This document shows positions 63,837 to 64,000 of a DNA stretch of 64,000 bases, piece by piece. The DNA lies in the NCBI GenBank assembly GCA_964518395.1, contig CAZFGA010000008.1, positions 40,699-104,698 of the forward strand, read 5' to 3'. Source of the DNA: an uncultured Flavobacterium sp. Its GTDB lineage: Bacteria; Bacteroidota; Bacteroidia; Flavobacteriales; Flavobacteriaceae. The notes below the pieces were generated by a model that saw only the letters and a program-made list of their open reading frames with translations, did no database searches and was not told where the DNA came from. Each line of letters opens with the position of its first letter. Within the stretch, counting starts at the first letter, position 1. A program made the position numbers and the translations under genes.

Positions 63837-64000
63837 GGCGTGAAGTATTGATCGTTAATTATCTTACCGTTTTCCATTGTAATGCGTCTTGTGGCTCCTT
63901 CTTCCCAATGTAAACTGGCAGAGGAAACCACCACGGTCCAAGGATTTTTATCTGAAAAAATAAATTTTATGATTGCTTTTGTGGCTTCGTTATCCATACG
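63830..64000 (-). CDS. C-terminal 56 codons of a probable ABC transporter ATPase (5' part beyond the right window edge)
   Basis: Open minus-strand frame RMDNEATKAIIKFIFSDKNPWTVVVSSASLHWEEGATRRITMENGKIINDQYFTPC with stop at 63830-63832, overlapping the HlyD start. The position upstream of HlyD/TolC and the D-x-x-T...I motif after Walker B are suggestive only. Confidence 0.45.
   Translation of the reverse strand, partial: RMDNEATKAIIKFIFSDKNPWTVVVSSASLHWEEGATRRITMENGKIINDQYFTPC

Noticed and set aside
1-64000. I searched for CRISPR arrays, rRNA, transposases, integrases, phage genes, and an integration event at tRNA-Tyr.
   Set aside because: There are no regularly spaced 25-40 nt repeats (only the heptad arrays and one 33-bp duplication). 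I saw no recombinase or transposase motifs in any frame. tRNA-Tyr is flanked by ordinary genes with no direct repeat of its 3' end.

Overview
This is a 64-kb chromosomal window from a low-GC Bacteroidota genome. It is most consistent with a Flavobacteriaceae member: two proteins carry type-A T9SS C-terminal sorting domains, TAnnTTTG -7 promoter boxes sit 14-26 nt upstream of many start codons, and there are TPR/LytS-type sensor kinases. I call about 62 protein-coding genes, one tRNA-Tyr(GTA), one multiply disrupted pseudogene, about 20 hairpin terminators and 15 candidate -7 boxes. I saw no rRNA, CRISPR array, transposase, integrase or phage gene. Content from left to right: (1) the 5' part of trpE, preceded by a WWW leader peptide plus terminator (attenuator); (2) a detox-type block of three VOC-fold genes, DinB and a GlxA/AraC regulator; (3) an orphan PAS-GAF kinase, corA and a beta-lactamase-fold hydrolase; (4) two large secreted proteins, one of them T9SS cargo; (5) an AraC - cytochrome c - DUF1772 - HEAT-repeat operon; (6) a gapN-like ALDH, cydAB, a class V PLP enzyme, an LpxL-like acyltransferase, rhomboid, SIMPL, GNAT and tRNA-Tyr; (7) a sulfur module (TlpA-like, CstB-like MBL-rhodanese, TauE); (8) a secreted endonuclease I and a PAS kinase plus CheY-like regulator; (9) an overlapping HipA-like kinase / DUF3037 pair, then DoxX, DinB and YchJ; (10) a TPR-HisKA_3 kinase, NarL-type regulator and stand-alone LytTR protein; (11) an rhtA-like exporter, an aspartyl-protease-like protein and a MexAB-OprM-type RND operon; (12) a visibly more AT-rich accessory stretch (about 52.2-61.1 kb) holding an orphan gene, two tandem paralogous TPR-LytS kinases, four tightly packed cytoplasmic hypothetical genes and a decayed protease pseudogene; (13) TolC-HlyD-ABC export genes running off the right edge. 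Most worth a second look are the HipA-like/DUF3037 pair, the four-gene hypothetical cassette, the phased heptad array inside the RND operon, the tandem kinases and the trp attenuator. Several ORF-track N-termini begin at TTG/GTG upstream of promoter boxes or inside terminators, and I trimmed these to the first ATG. All functional calls come from my own reading of motifs in the translations. No database search or folding program was run.
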